Assembly (NCBI GenBank): GCA_963692865.2
Contig: OY843592.1
Location: 2,368,001 to 2,432,000, forward strand
Direction of reading: 5' to 3'
DNA: 64,000 nucleotides
Source: a bacterium
GTDB taxonomy: Bacteria > UBA8248
Shown piece by piece: positions 29,308 through 39,500 of this stretch; the first letter of the stretch is position 1; each line of letters starts with the position of its first letter. Under the pieces are notes generated by a model that did no database searches, was not told where the DNA came from, and worked only from the letters and a program-made list of their open reading frames with translations. The position numbers were made by a program, and so were the translations under genes.

Positions 29308-31593
29308 ATGGCTGAACTCTCATACATCGGGAAAAGCGTTCCTCGCGTCGATGGGCCGGAGAAGGTGACGGGCCGGGCCATGTTCACCCTGGACCTTCAA
29401 TTGCCCAAAATGCTCCACGGGAGGCTGCTGGGAAGCCCCCTGCCGCACGCGCGGATCAAGAATATCGACACCAGCCGCGCCGAGAGGCTCCCCGGCGTCA
29501 AGCTCATCATGACGCACAAGGACATTCCCGAGGGAGTGGAGTGGGGCGTCGTGCCCGTCTGCTACGATCAGCGTCCTCTCGCCTCGGACAAGGTGCGCCA
29601 CGTGGGCGACTCGGTGGCTGCCGTCGTGGCGATTTCAGAAGACATCGCGATAGAAGCGCTCGATCTGATCGACGTGGACTACGAGGAGCTTCCCGCCGTC
29701 TTCGATCCGAGAGAAGCGATGCAGGAGGGCGCCCCCGTCATTCATGACAGGTACCCGGACAACATCGCCTTCACCAAGCACATGGAATTCGGCGAGGTGG
29801 ACCGCATGTTCGACGAGGCTCACCACGTGAGCGAGCTGGCCACATCCTCCTCGCGCCAGATGCACGGCTCTTTGGAGGCGCACGTCTCCATCGCCGAGTG
29901 GTCGCAGAAGGGCGACGTGACGGTCTACAACTCCTCGCAATGCCCGAGTCTATCGAGCCAGTATTTCTCCAAACTCCTGAAGATTCCAGAGGCCCAGATT
30001 CGCGTGATCACGAACTACGTGGGCGGAGGGTTCGGCGGAAAGGCGACGAGCAAGTTCAACATCGATTTCCTCTCCATCATCGCGGCGAAAAAGCTGGACC
30101 TTCCCGTGAAATTCTATTACACGCGCGAAGAGGAGTTCCTGCTCGGCACCCACCGGACGAAGCAGTTCCACGTCTGGCGTCTCGCCACCGACAAGGACGG
30201 CATGCTGCTCGCGCGCGACACCCGGATGGTGGTGGAAAACGGCGGCTATTCCGATTACAGCCCGGCGGTCGGCGGCATCACGGCGCACATGGGCGGTAGC
30301 ATCTACAACTACAAGGCCTATCGCCACCACGCGGACGTCGTCTGCACGAACGTCCCGCCCGGCGGCGCGATGCGCGGAATCGGCAACGCGGGCTATGCGT
30401 TCGGGTCGGAGCTCGCCATGGAGAAACACGCCGAGGAAATCGGCATGGACCCGGCGGAGTTCCGCATCAAGAACTTCGTGAGAAGGGGCGACACCACCAT
30501 CATCGGGGCCAAGATTACGAGTTGCGGCGTATCCGAGTGCGTACAGGAAGCGGTCAAGCGCGTGCCCTGGCGCGAGAAACAGCCGAGCAGCAACGGTAAA
30601 AAGCGCGGTTTCGGGCTTGCCGCGGCGGTGCACTTCACCGGAGCGCGCGCGATGGGGCCGGAAACGGCGGGCGCGTTCATCAAGATGAACAAGGACGGCA
30701 CCGTGCAGTTGCTCTCCGGCACCATCGAGATGGGCAACGGCTCGGACACCACGCTCGCGCAGATTTGCGCCGAAGCGATTGGCGTTCGGATGGAGGACGT
30801 GCGGATCATCAACGGCGATACCGCGGTGAACCCCTACGGATGGGGCGTGCGCGGAAGCCGCACGACGACCATCGACGGCGAGGCCACGCGCCTGGCGTCC
30901 GTGCAGGCGAAGAACATGCTCTTCAAGGGCGCGGCCGAGTTGCTCGAATGCGACCCGAATGACCTCGACGCGCGAGACGGCAAGATTTTCGTCACAAGCT
31001 CTCCCGAGCGGCAGGTGACCCACAGCGAAGCCTACATGAAGATATATGAAAAAGAGGGCAGCGAGGCCGTCTACACGGCGTCTTCGTACGACTCGCCGAG
31101 CGAGACGCCGGACCCCGTTACGGGCTACGGAAACTGGTCCGCCGCCTACGCCTACGGCGCCAAGGTGGCGGAAGTGGAAGTGGACACCGAAACCGGGGCG
31201 TACGAGGTCTTGCGCGTCATCAGCACGAACGACTGCGGAACCATCGTGAACCCCGCCGGCGCGCAGGGCCAGTTGGACGGCGGCGCGCTCATGGGCGTGG
31301 GCTACGCCATGATGGAGGATTTCGAGTGCGAGGACGGCATGCCGGTGAACGCGAACTGGCTCGACTACAAACTGCCCACGACCCAGGATTTGCCCGAACT
31401 CGAAGCGGTGCTCATCGAGACGGAAAATCCCTCGGGGCCTTACGGGGCAAAAGGGTTGGGCGAGATGGCGCAACTCGGGACGTCTGCGGCGATAGGCAAC
31501 GCGATCTATGACGCCGTGGGCGTGCGGATCACCTCGCTGCCGATTACGCCGGAGAAGGTGCTGGCCGCGTTGAACGAGAAGAACGGCGAATAA
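29308..31593 (+). CDS. Xanthine dehydrogenase family molybdopterin-binding (large) subunit
   Basis: IGKSVPRVDGPEKVTG, VGGGFGGK, GAMRGIG, EMGNGSDT, GQLDGG, GPYGAKGLGE. Confidence 0.93.
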   Translation: MAELSYIGKSVPRVDGPEKVTGRAMFTLDLQLPKMLHGRLLGSPLPHARIKNIDTSRAERLPGVKLIMTHKDIPEGVEWGVVPVCYDQRPLASDKVRHVGDSVAAVVAISEDIAIEALDLIDVDYEELPAVFDPREAMQEGAPVIHDRYPDNIAFTKHMEFGEVDRMFDEAHHVSELATSSSRQMHGSLEAHVSIAEWSQKGDVTVYNSSQCPSLSSQYFSKLLKIPEAQIRVITNYVGGGFGGKATSKFNIDFLSIIAAKKLDLPVKFYYTREEEFLLGTHRTKQFHVWRLATDKDGMLLARDTRMVVENGGYSDYSPAVGGITAHMGGSIYNYKAYRHHADVVCTNVPPGGAMRGIGNAGYAFGSELAMEKHAEEIGMDPAEFRIKNFVRRGDTTIIGAKITSCGVSECVQEAVKRVPWREKQPSSNGKKRGFGLAAAVHFTGARAMGPETAGAFIKMNKDGTVQLLSGTIEMGNGSDTTLAQICAEAIGVRMEDVRIINGDTAVNPYGWGVRGSRTTTIDGEATRLASVQAKNMLFKGAAELLECDPNDLDARDGKIFVTSSPERQVTHSEAYMKIYEKEGSEAVYTASSYDSPSETPDPVTGYGNWSAAYAYGAKVAEVEVDTETGAYEVLRVISTNDCGTIVNPAGAQGQLDGGALMGVGYAMMEDFECEDGMPVNANWLDYKLPTTQDLPELEAVLIETENPSGPYGAKGLGEMAQLGTSAAIGNAIYDAVGVRITSLPITPEKVLAALNEKNGE

Positions 31594-31612
31594 CGAGAGA
31601 GGGGAGAGAAAA

Positions 31613-32479
31613 ATGGCTTTTCGGCATCTACCCGCGAACAGCGCGGAGGAAACGCTCGCCGCCCTGAAGGAGCATGGCGACGACGGAAAAGTTTACGCAG
31701 GCGGCGTGGCCCTCTCGATTCTCATGAAATCGGGGGTGTACGAACCCGAGGTGTTGATAGACATCGCCGGCGCGGGCGATCTGGATTTCATCGAAGGGAC
31801 CGATAACGGCGGTATCCGGGTCGGGGCGAAGACGGTGCACCGCAAGCTCGAACTCTCCCCGCTCGTCCAGGAGCGCTTCCCGCTCCTCGCGGAAATCTTT
31901 CATAACGTGGCGACGATTCGCATCCGAAGCCAGGGAACGGTTGGCGGCAACCTGTGCTTTGCGGAACCGGCGTCTGATCCTCCCGGCGCATTTCTTGCCC
32001 TGGAAGCCCGCATGAACACGAGGAAGGCGGACGGAACGGAACGCGTGATTCCGGCGGCGGAGTTCTGGACGGGATATTACGAGTGCGCCCTGGATGAGGA
32101 TGAGTTGCTCTGCTCGATAGAGGTCGACCCGCTGCCCGACGGCTTCCGTACGGCGTGCACGCGCTTCACGACGCGCTCGAAAGAGGACAAGCCCTGCGTG
32201 TCCGTCTCCACGGCGGTGCTCACCGAAGAGGACGGCAAGACGGCCAGGGAGGTGAGAATCGGCCTGGGCGGCGTGGAGGCCGTTTTCAGGCGTCTTACGG
32301 CGGCGGAAGAGGGCCTTCAAGGTATGGAACTCAACCAGGAGAACATCGACGCCGTGCTCGCGGATAAGCTCGACGACCTGGAGCCGCTGACCGATATACG
32401 CGCGAGCGGCGACTACAGGCGGCAGGTGACGCCCGTCCTGGTTCGGCGAACTATCCTGAAGGCGCTGGGCGCATCCTGA
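31613..32479 (+). CDS. Xanthine dehydrogenase family FAD-binding (medium) subunit
   Basis: YAGG, IR.QGTVGGNLC.A.PASD, DIRASGDYR. Confidence 0.92.
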   Translation: MAFRHLPANSAEETLAALKEHGDDGKVYAGGVALSILMKSGVYEPEVLIDIAGAGDLDFIEGTDNGGIRVGAKTVHRKLELSPLVQERFPLLAEIFHNVATIRIRSQGTVGGNLCFAEPASDPPGAFLALEARMNTRKADGTERVIPAAEFWTGYYECALDEDELLCSIEVDPLPDGFRTACTRFTTRSKEDKPCVSVSTAVLTEEDGKTAREVRIGLGGVEAVFRRLTAAEEGLQGMELNQENIDAVLADKLDDLEPLTDIRASGDYRRQVTPVLVRRTILKALGAS

Positions 32480-32690
32480 ATCATCCGCCGGGTTCTTTTT
32501 CCTGGATCCGGGAGAGGAAAAAATTTCTGGCCCGTGTGTTGTTCTCCATGTTAGTCTTTCATCAGGAGCGGTGAAATATCCATCCTCCCGTTCCGTTCGG
32601 CTTGGGAAGAGAAGACCTAACCAGAGGCGGTGGAGTGTCGCGAACGCCTCTTTTGACTTTGCCCGGAAGACTTTCACGAGGAGGTGGACG

Positions 32691-33974
32691 ATGAAAAGAA
32701 ATCGGAAAAATCGCGTCGGCGTCGCGCTTTTGGGTTTCGTCATGGCCCTCGTCTTGTTCGCCGCGCCGGCCGCCGGGGGCGAAATCGACGAACTGAAGGC
32801 GCAGATCAAGGCGCTCATGAAGCGGCTCGAAGCCCTGGAGGCCCGCGAGAAGAAGATGGAGGCCGAGGTGAAGGCCGTCCAGAAAAAAGCCGTGTCGACC
32901 GGCGACTTTCCAGGTTCATGGAAGGTCCCGGGGAGCAACACGTCGGTTTCGTTCAGCGGCTTCGTGAAGCTGGATGCGATCTACGATTTCGACAAGGATT
33001 TCGGGGATTCCTTTTACGTTTACGCTAACCCAAGCGCCATTCCTCTTGATGGTGAAAAAAGCCAGCCCAACCTCTCCTTGCACGCAAAGCAGACGCGCTT
33101 GCGTTTCGACAGTCTGACGTCGACAAGCGCAGGCCAGCTCAAAACCCGGATTGAAACCGATTTCTACGGCGACGGTAATACTCTTCGGTTGCGCCACGCC
33201 TACGCCTCGCTGGGTCCGGTGCTTGCCGGCCAGACCTGGACGACGTTGATGGATGAAAACACCTACGCCGATACGGTGGACTTCGACGGACCGGTGGGCG
33301 TTGTTACGGGTCGCATGCCACAGGTGCGCTACTCTCATGCCATGGGCAAGAACCTCACCGCCCAGGTCGCGCTCGAGGACCCTGGTAGCCCAGCAATTCT
33401 GGGAACTGCATCCTCCTCCCAGGATCGGCTGCCGAATCTTCTGGCGGCTCTGCGCCTGAAAACGAGTTGGGGCGCCGTCAACGTGTCGGGTTTGATGGGG
33501 CAGGTTCTTTATGAAGAGGGCGCGGTGGAAGAAAGCCTCACGATCTCCGCCCTCCATTTGGGCGCGAACATCGGTTTAGGCAAGGACACCCGCCTGTGGG
33601 GGACTTTTAACGCAGGTCAGGGCGGCTTGGCGAACTTCATGGTCGGAGCGCCCGCCGCCGCCATCCTGGGCGCGAATGGCGAACTGGAGGCGATCGATTC
33701 CATGGGCGGTTTCGTCGGTCTCACCCACAATTGGAGCAGCGCCGTGAGTTCAGGCTTCTATTACGGCTGGGTGAAGAATGACTTCGAGGATGCCGCCAAG
33801 GCGACGTACCCGGATCTCAGCGAGTCGCTCCAGTCGATCCACGCCAACGTCTGGTGGTCTCCTGCGCCCAAGGTGAGGGTAGGCGCCGAGATCATGAAAG
33901 GCTGGCGTGAGACCAACGGTGGCGGTGAGGGCGATGCTACGCGCTTCCAGTTGGGGCTTGTGTATAGTTTCTAG
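32691..33974 (+). CDS. DcaP-like trimeric outer-membrane porin
   Basis: Signal peptide, coiled coil, GFVKLDAIYD, LRLRHAY..LG..LAGQTWT, R.PQVRY, and a C-terminal YSF. Confidence 0.85.
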   Translation: MKRNRKNRVGVALLGFVMALVLFAAPAAGGEIDELKAQIKALMKRLEALEAREKKMEAEVKAVQKKAVSTGDFPGSWKVPGSNTSVSFSGFVKLDAIYDFDKDFGDSFYVYANPSAIPLDGEKSQPNLSLHAKQTRLRFDSLTSTSAGQLKTRIETDFYGDGNTLRLRHAYASLGPVLAGQTWTTLMDENTYADTVDFDGPVGVVTGRMPQVRYSHAMGKNLTAQVALEDPGSPAILGTASSSQDRLPNLLAALRLKTSWGAVNVSGLMGQVLYEEGAVEESLTISALHLGANIGLGKDTRLWGTFNAGQGGLANFMVGAPAAAILGANGELEAIDSMGGFVGLTHNWSSAVSSGFYYGWVKNDFEDAAKATYPDLSESLQSIHANVWWSPAPKVRVGAEIMKGWRETNGGGEGDATRFQLGLVYSF

Positions 33975-34066
33975 GTCATTCGTTCAGGGCTTGCGGTTCT
34001 CTGCTTGAATTGTGAGGCGTTTGGGGCGAGAGGGTTTCGTAATCCTTGATAACCTTCACAAATGAT

Positions 34067-34098
34067 GCCCCGTCACCCGGTGTGGGTGGCGGGGCTTT
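34067..34098 (+). terminator. Putative intrinsic terminator
   Basis: GCCCCGTCACCC-GGTGT-GGGTGGCGGGGC-TTT between convergent genes. Confidence 0.55.
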
Positions 34099-34169
34099 CC
34101 TCTGGCGGCGCTCGGCTTAATGCGCCCGTTCAGCGGAATGACGACGAAATGCTCCCCAGGCGCCATACT

Positions 34170-34844
34170 TCAATTCCCCGTTTCTTGTTTTCTCTTCCTG
34201 GCGGAAAGAAACTCCGTCTCTAGTTTCAATATTCCATCGGCGATGTTTTGAGCGAATTCCCGCCGGTATGCCCGGCCGTTTCTCTCTTGCGCCGGCGGGA
34301 TGAGTTCTCCCACGCGAATGACGAGCCAGGGGTCCAGGATTCCCCGCGGGCTGATGAGCGAATTCGACCCTGCGATATAGACCGGGAGAACGGGCGCGCG
34401 GCTGATAGTGGCGAGGGTGGCGACGCCTTCCTTCACTTCCACTTCGGCCGTCGAATCCACGATGCCGCCCTCGGGAAAAATCACCACCACGCCGCCCAGG
34501 CCCAGGAGTGTACGCGCCATCCTGAAGGTGCTGGCGCGCGCTGTCCCCTCCCTGTCCACCGGGAAGGCGCCGAAGCAGGTGATGAGCCTGGCGAACAGGG
34601 GGTTGCGGAACAACTCGCGCTTCGCCATGTGGTACACCCGCCTCGGCAGGAAGGAGGCGAGGATCATGGGGTCGAGATAGCTTCTGTGGTTCGAGGCCAC
34701 GATCAGCGGGCCGTCGGGCGGCACGTTGCGCATGCCCTGGACGTCGACTCCGCCGAAGGCGAGCCGGAGACCCGCCTGGAAAACCTTTTTAAGCCAGGTC
34801 GGCTGGCCGTTCGAGGGCAGGGTGGTTGGTTGTTGCGCGCTCAT
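34170..34844 (-). CDS. plsC: 1-acyl-sn-glycerol-3-phosphate acyltransferase
   Basis: NHRSYLD, MAKRELF, FPVDR, IFPEG. Confidence 0.88.
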   Translation of the reverse strand: MSAQQPTTLPSNGQPTWLKKVFQAGLRLAFGGVDVQGMRNVPPDGPLIVASNHRSYLDPMILASFLPRRVYHMAKRELFRNPLFARLITCFGAFPVDREGTARASTFRMARTLLGLGGVVVIFPEGGIVDSTAEVEVKEGVATLATISRAPVLPVYIAGSNSLISPRGILDPWLVIRVGELIPPAQERNGRAYRREFAQNIADGILKLETEFLSARKRKQETGN

Positions 34845-34982
34845 GTTCGTGGTTTCAGCATTCCGCTGCCGGGTTCCCCCTTGTCCGAAATGCGGTCCTC
34901 CCAAACGTGAAACTCGGAATTCATCTTCGGTTCATCATATTAGAATCTCTCCATTCGCCGCAAAGCGTTCGGGAAACGGCGT

Positions 34983-36746
34983 TCAGTCGAAGTCGTGCTG
35001 GTGGTGCTGCTGGTCGTGCCACACCTTGCCGAAGGCGCGGATGACGTCCTCGGCGGTGATGATTCCCAGAAGTTCGGTCGGGTCCTCGCGGCTCACCACG
35101 GGCAGGCGCGAGATGCGCCTGTCGCCGAGTTTGGCCATCACCGAGTCGAGCGATTGGTCCGGATGCGCGTGCATGATGTATTTCTTCTTCGCTATCTCGC
35201 CCAGGGGCTTTTGCAGGATGCCGGCGGCCTGCGCCTGGCTGAAGTCATAGTTGCTCGCCATGCCGGAGAGTTTCCCGTCCGTGTTCAGGACGGGATATCC
35301 GGTGATGGCGCTTCCCCTCGTTCTCTCGATCGCCTCTTGGATCGTGATGTCCTCGGGCAGGGTGACGACGTCGCCGATCATGGCGTCGGACACGTGAATC
35401 TCGTGCAGGAGGTGTTCGGTCTCATGGTCGGGCAGCGCGACGCCGTCCTGTGCGGAGAGCGCGCTGTATATCGGCTCGGGGTGCCAGAATCGCGCGAGTG
35501 CGAGGGATATGGCGTTGGCCACCATGAGCGCGAGAATGATGTGGTAGTCCTGCGTGAGCTCGAAGATGATGAGAACCGACGTCATGGGCGCGCGAATGAC
35601 GGCCGCGAATGCCGCGCCCATGCCCACGAGCGCGTATCCGCCCTGATGGGCCACGAAGCCGGGGAAGGCGAACTCGGCGAGAGACGCCACGGCCCCGCCC
35701 GCCATCGCGCCCATGAACAGCGTCGGCGCGAAGATGCCGCCCAGGGAGCCGGTTCCGTAGGAAACCGCGGTGGCGATGAGCTTCAGGACGAGCAGGCACA
35801 GGAGGAAGGGCAGCGTGTAGCCGTGCGTGAGCGCCTTGCTCACGGCGGGATAGCCCACGGCGAAGACCTCGGGGAACCAGATGCCGATCACGCCCACGAA
35901 CAGGCCGCCGAGACCCGTGGCGACGACCCCCCGGAATCCCCAAAGGCGCTTCCAGCCCGAGCGCACGAACAGCAAACCCTTGATGAACGCGACGCCCACG
36001 AACGCGCAGACGACGCCTACGAAGGCGTAGAGGAGGAGTTCCAGCGGACTGTCCAGAGAGTAGGGCGGCACGGAGAACACGGGTTCGTTGCCCAGCATGG
36101 CGCGCGAGACGACCGATGCGGCGACCGCCGCGAACACGATGGAGCCGAGCACGCGCGCGTTCAGGTCGCCCACCAGCTCTTCGAGCGTGAATGTGACGGC
36201 GGCGATGGGCGTGTTGAACGCGGCGGCCAGGGCGGCGGCGCAGCCCACCGGGACGAGCGCCTGCACGCGGCGTCTTTTGAGAGAAAAAGTCTCGCCGATC
36301 CAGCTCGCCAGACCTGAGCAAATCTGGACGGTGGGGCCTTCGCGGCCCAGGCTGGAGCCCGAGCCGATGTTGAGCACCCCGATGAGGAACTTGCCTATCC
36401 ATACGCGCTTGTCGATGTGGCCGTTGTGGGCGACGTAGGCGATTTTCGTCTGGGGGATGCCGCTGCCCCGGGCCTCGGGCGCGAAATACTGGAGAAAGAG
36501 CGCGGATAGAAAAGCGCCCCCCGCAGGGATGAGCGCCACCCAGTACCAGGCGCGTTCGATGAGGGAAAGATCGTGGGAGCCGAAGAGAACGTGATGCGCC
36601 CAGCCAAGCGCGACGTGGAAGCACACGGCGACGAAGCCGGCCAACGCTCCCACGATGATGGTCGTAAGGTAGAAAATGCCGTCGTCGGAGAACTCGAAGT
36701 GGAGCAGCCAGCCGAGAAGCCGTATTCGAAAGTTTTTCCAGCTCAC
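34983..36746 (-). CDS. ClC-family chloride/proton antiporter with CBS domains
   Basis: GSGIP, GREGP, FTLEEL, GIFAP, a C-terminal CBS pair and a His-rich tail. Confidence 0.92.
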   Translation of the reverse strand: MSWKNFRIRLLGWLLHFEFSDDGIFYLTTIIVGALAGFVAVCFHVALGWAHHVLFGSHDLSLIERAWYWVALIPAGGAFLSALFLQYFAPEARGSGIPQTKIAYVAHNGHIDKRVWIGKFLIGVLNIGSGSSLGREGPTVQICSGLASWIGETFSLKRRRVQALVPVGCAAALAAAFNTPIAAVTFTLEELVGDLNARVLGSIVFAAVAASVVSRAMLGNEPVFSVPPYSLDSPLELLLYAFVGVVCAFVGVAFIKGLLFVRSGWKRLWGFRGVVATGLGGLFVGVIGIWFPEVFAVGYPAVSKALTHGYTLPFLLCLLVLKLIATAVSYGTGSLGGIFAPTLFMGAMAGGAVASLAEFAFPGFVAHQGGYALVGMGAAFAAVIRAPMTSVLIIFELTQDYHIILALMVANAISLALARFWHPEPIYSALSAQDGVALPDHETEHLLHEIHVSDAMIGDVVTLPEDITIQEAIERTRGSAITGYPVLNTDGKLSGMASNYDFSQAQAAGILQKPLGEIAKKKYIMHAHPDQSLDSVMAKLGDRRISRLPVVSREDPTELLGIITAEDVIRAFGKVWHDQQHHQHDFD

Positions 36747-36783
36747 AACCTTTACCTATCGAAAAGGTCTTTCGTGCGGCGGT

Positions 36784-37386
36784 TCAGCGCGTGATGGCCC
36801 CTGTCGGATGCGGGCCGACGGGCGGGTGCGGTGCGGGGTCGATTCCATCCCGGCGGAGCCTGTCCTCATACCATTTCTTCTCGATGCCGTTCGCCTCGTC
36901 CATCGGGGCCAGGTCGCAGAAGATTTCGATGCGGTGGCCGTCCGGATCGCAGAAATACATGGCCCTGTTCTCGCCCCACGAGCCGTCGCCCTCGGGATGG
37001 GTGGGGCTGTGCACCAGGGGTCCGCGCACGATTTCGACCCCGCATTCCTCGAGCCAGTCCCCCCAGGCGAAGAACTCCGAGCGGTCTTTTACCCGAAATG
37101 CGAAATGATGCAACCCCAGATCCTTTACGGGGCCTTGGTCGCCGGTTCTCATTTCCTTGAGATCGGGTTGCTCGCCGGTGTGGTATACTAGGTTCAAATC
37201 GTGATGCAACGCGCTGCAGCGAAGGAAGCAAAGGCCCACGCCCAAGCCCGGAAGTTCACCGGGGTCGTGGCGCTCCGAGAGGCTGAACCCGAGAATTTCG
37301 GTGTAGAATCTGAGGGATTCCTCGATGTCGGACACCTTGACGGCGACGTGCTGGAGTTCTGCCAAAGAGGTTTCGGGTCGGGGCAT
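36784..37386 (-). CDS. VOC-family protein
   Basis: LQHVA, FY.EILGF, LHHDL, HHFAF, YFCDPDGHRIEIF. Confidence 0.85.
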   Translation of the reverse strand: MPRPETSLAELQHVAVKVSDIEESLRFYTEILGFSLSERHDPGELPGLGVGLCFLRCSALHHDLNLVYHTGEQPDLKEMRTGDQGPVKDLGLHHFAFRVKDRSEFFAWGDWLEECGVEIVRGPLVHSPTHPEGDGSWGENRAMYFCDPDGHRIEIFCDLAPMDEANGIEKKWYEDRLRRDGIDPAPHPPVGPHPTGAITR

Positions 37387-37477
37387 CGTGCATTCTCCTT
37401 GATTTTTCTTGATCCTGGGGCGCGCTGCGCCCGCCGGGGATGAATATAGCGCAACTTTTCCGTGGGAGAAACGCGGC

Positions 37478-38236
37478 TTGGGTCGTTTGGATGGAAAGAG
37501 GGCGATCGTTACGGGCGCATCGCGCGGAATCGGCGAATGCATGGCGCATCGCTTCGCGGAAGAGGATGCGCGACTCTACCTGGCCGCGGACGGAACGCCG
37601 GAGGAACTCGAAAGCGTCGCGCGCAAATGCGAGGCGGCCGGCGGCACGGCCGTATACGGAACCTTCGATCTGGCGGAAGAGGGAGCGGCCGAGCGCATGG
37701 TGGAAGCCGCCGCCGGCGCTCTGGGCGGCGTGGATGTTCTCGTGAACAACGCAGGGATTCGCGCGAGCCGGCCGTTCGGGACTTTCTCTTATCAAGATTT
37801 TGGCCGCGTCGTCGCCGTGAACCTGCGCGCTCCTTTTTTCGCGAGCCAGGCCGCCTTGCCGCTCATGCGCGAGGCGGGCGGCGGGAGAATCATTCACGTC
37901 GCGAGCCAGTTGGGCTCGGTGGCGGCGCACGAGACCGCGCTCTACAGCGCGACCAAGGCGGCGCTGATTCAACTCACGCGCTCGATGGCGCTCGAACTCG
38001 CGGGCGAGAACATTCTGGTGAACGCCGTCAGCCCCGGCCCCACGGCGACGGAATATCTCAAGAAACACGCCTACAAGACGCCCGAGGAGCGCGCCCAGCG
38101 TCTGGCCACCGTGCCGATGGGGCGTTTCGGCGAACCGGACGAGATAGCGAGCGCCGTGTTGTTTCTCGCTTCCGGGGACGCTTCTTTCGTGCACGGGCAC
38201 AACCTCGTGGTGGACGGCGGCTATATTATTCATTGA
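37478..38236 (+). CDS. SDR-family oxidoreductase
   Basis: TGASRGIG, NNAG, YSATK, VDGG. The TTG start is inferred. Confidence 0.9.
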   Translation: MGRLDGKRAIVTGASRGIGECMAHRFAEEDARLYLAADGTPEELESVARKCEAAGGTAVYGTFDLAEEGAAERMVEAAAGALGGVDVLVNNAGIRASRPFGTFSYQDFGRVVAVNLRAPFFASQAALPLMREAGGGRIIHVASQLGSVAAHETALYSATKAALIQLTRSMALELAGENILVNAVSPGPTATEYLKKHAYKTPEERAQRLATVPMGRFGEPDEIASAVLFLASGDASFVHGHNLVVDGGYIIH

Positions 38237-38298
38237 TGATGCGGGCCGGGGATTTTTTCGGGGAGGTTGTGCCCGGAAATACCCGGGACGTCATGAAT

Positions 38299-38330
38299 CA
38301 GTAGGGGCGGTTCGCGAACCGCCCCTACTG
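38299..38330. repeat. Isolated GTAG-type REP-like perfect palindrome
   Basis: CAGTAGGGGCGGTTCGCGAACCGCCCCTACTG. A related half copy, GTAGGGGCAGTTCGCGAACTG, lies near 47810. Confidence 0.8.
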
Positions 38331-38398
38331 GTTTTTCGTATTTCAACCGGCGGGTGAGGGCTGCTCCCTTGCCGCCGCATTCAGAAGGAGCTTGAGCC

Positions 38399-39283
38399 GT
38401 GAGCATGAAAGTGGGAGTCGTGGGTTTGGGCGTCATGGGCGGCGCGTTTTCGGGCCACATGCTGGACGCCGGCATGGAAGTGGCGGGCTATGACCCGCTG
38501 GATGCGATGTACGAGAAATTCGAGGGCAAGAACCTGCGCCGCGCCTCCTCGCCCGCGGACGCCGCCGGCGGGGCCGACCTGGTGATGACCTCGCTCCCGA
38601 ACTACAGGGTCGTGGGAGAGGCGGTAACCGGCGAGGGAGGGGTTCTGGAAGGGATATCTTCCGGCGGCATCATCGCGGATATGAGCACGGTTCCGCCGAA
38701 ATTTTCAAAAGAGATGGCCGAAAAAGCGGGTGAGAAGGGCGTGAGTTGGCTCGATTGCCCTGTGAGCGGCGTGGGCAAGCAGGCGGCCGTCAAGGACCTG
38801 GTGGTGATGGCCGCAGGCCCCGGAGCCGCGTTCGATAAGGCGAAGCCCGCCTTCGACGCCATCGGCAAGAAGACGATTTTCGTGAGCGAGCAAAACGGGC
38901 TGGCCGCCCAGTTGAAACTCGTGGTGAATCTGGTGCTCTTCATCAACATGGCGGGAGCTTGCGAGGGCCTCACCCTCGGCCTCAAGGCGGGAATTCCCGC
39001 AGACGTCATGCTGGAGACGCTGTGCTCGGGCGCCGCCGGATCGAACGTGCTCGACGTGCGCGGCAAGGACATGCTGGCCGGGAATTTCCCCGAATCAGGC
39101 CCGATTTGGATAGTGCTGAAGGACCTCGAATGCGCCATCGACTCCGCCAAGGACCTCGACGTGCCCGTGCCGCTCGGCGGCCTGCTGGAGCACCTCTATA
39201 TGGCCCAGCGAAGCAAGGGCAGGCAGCATGAGGACGGGAGTTCGATCTTCCGCATCTACCAGGAACTGGCGAACATCGCTTGA
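38399..39283 (+). CDS. NAD(P)-dependent oxidoreductase (3-hydroxyisobutyrate / tartronate semialdehyde reductase family)
   Basis: GLGVMG, DMSTV, LDCPVSG, KLVVN. Confidence 0.88.
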   Translation: MSMKVGVVGLGVMGGAFSGHMLDAGMEVAGYDPLDAMYEKFEGKNLRRASSPADAAGGADLVMTSLPNYRVVGEAVTGEGGVLEGISSGGIIADMSTVPPKFSKEMAEKAGEKGVSWLDCPVSGVGKQAAVKDLVVMAAGPGAAFDKAKPAFDAIGKKTIFVSEQNGLAAQLKLVVNLVLFINMAGACEGLTLGLKAGIPADVMLETLCSGAAGSNVLDVRGKDMLAGNFPESGPIWIVLKDLECAIDSAKDLDVPVPLGGLLEHLYMAQRSKGRQHEDGSSIFRIYQELANIA

Positions 39284-39500
39284 TGGTCGAGAACAAGGCG
39301 GCGTCTTTGGGGAGTCTTCACCGCCGCGTGTCCGCTTTCCGTGGAGACCCGGCGGTTTCCTCTTCTCGGGCATGTGCGCGGGGCCAGGAAGTGGAGCGAT
39401 ATGTCGCTTTAATAATTCCTTCTAACTGTTTGAAATGAAAATTATTGGTTTAATTTGAAGACGGCGGGATCGGCATCCCTCCTTCCGTGGTCGAGGATTT

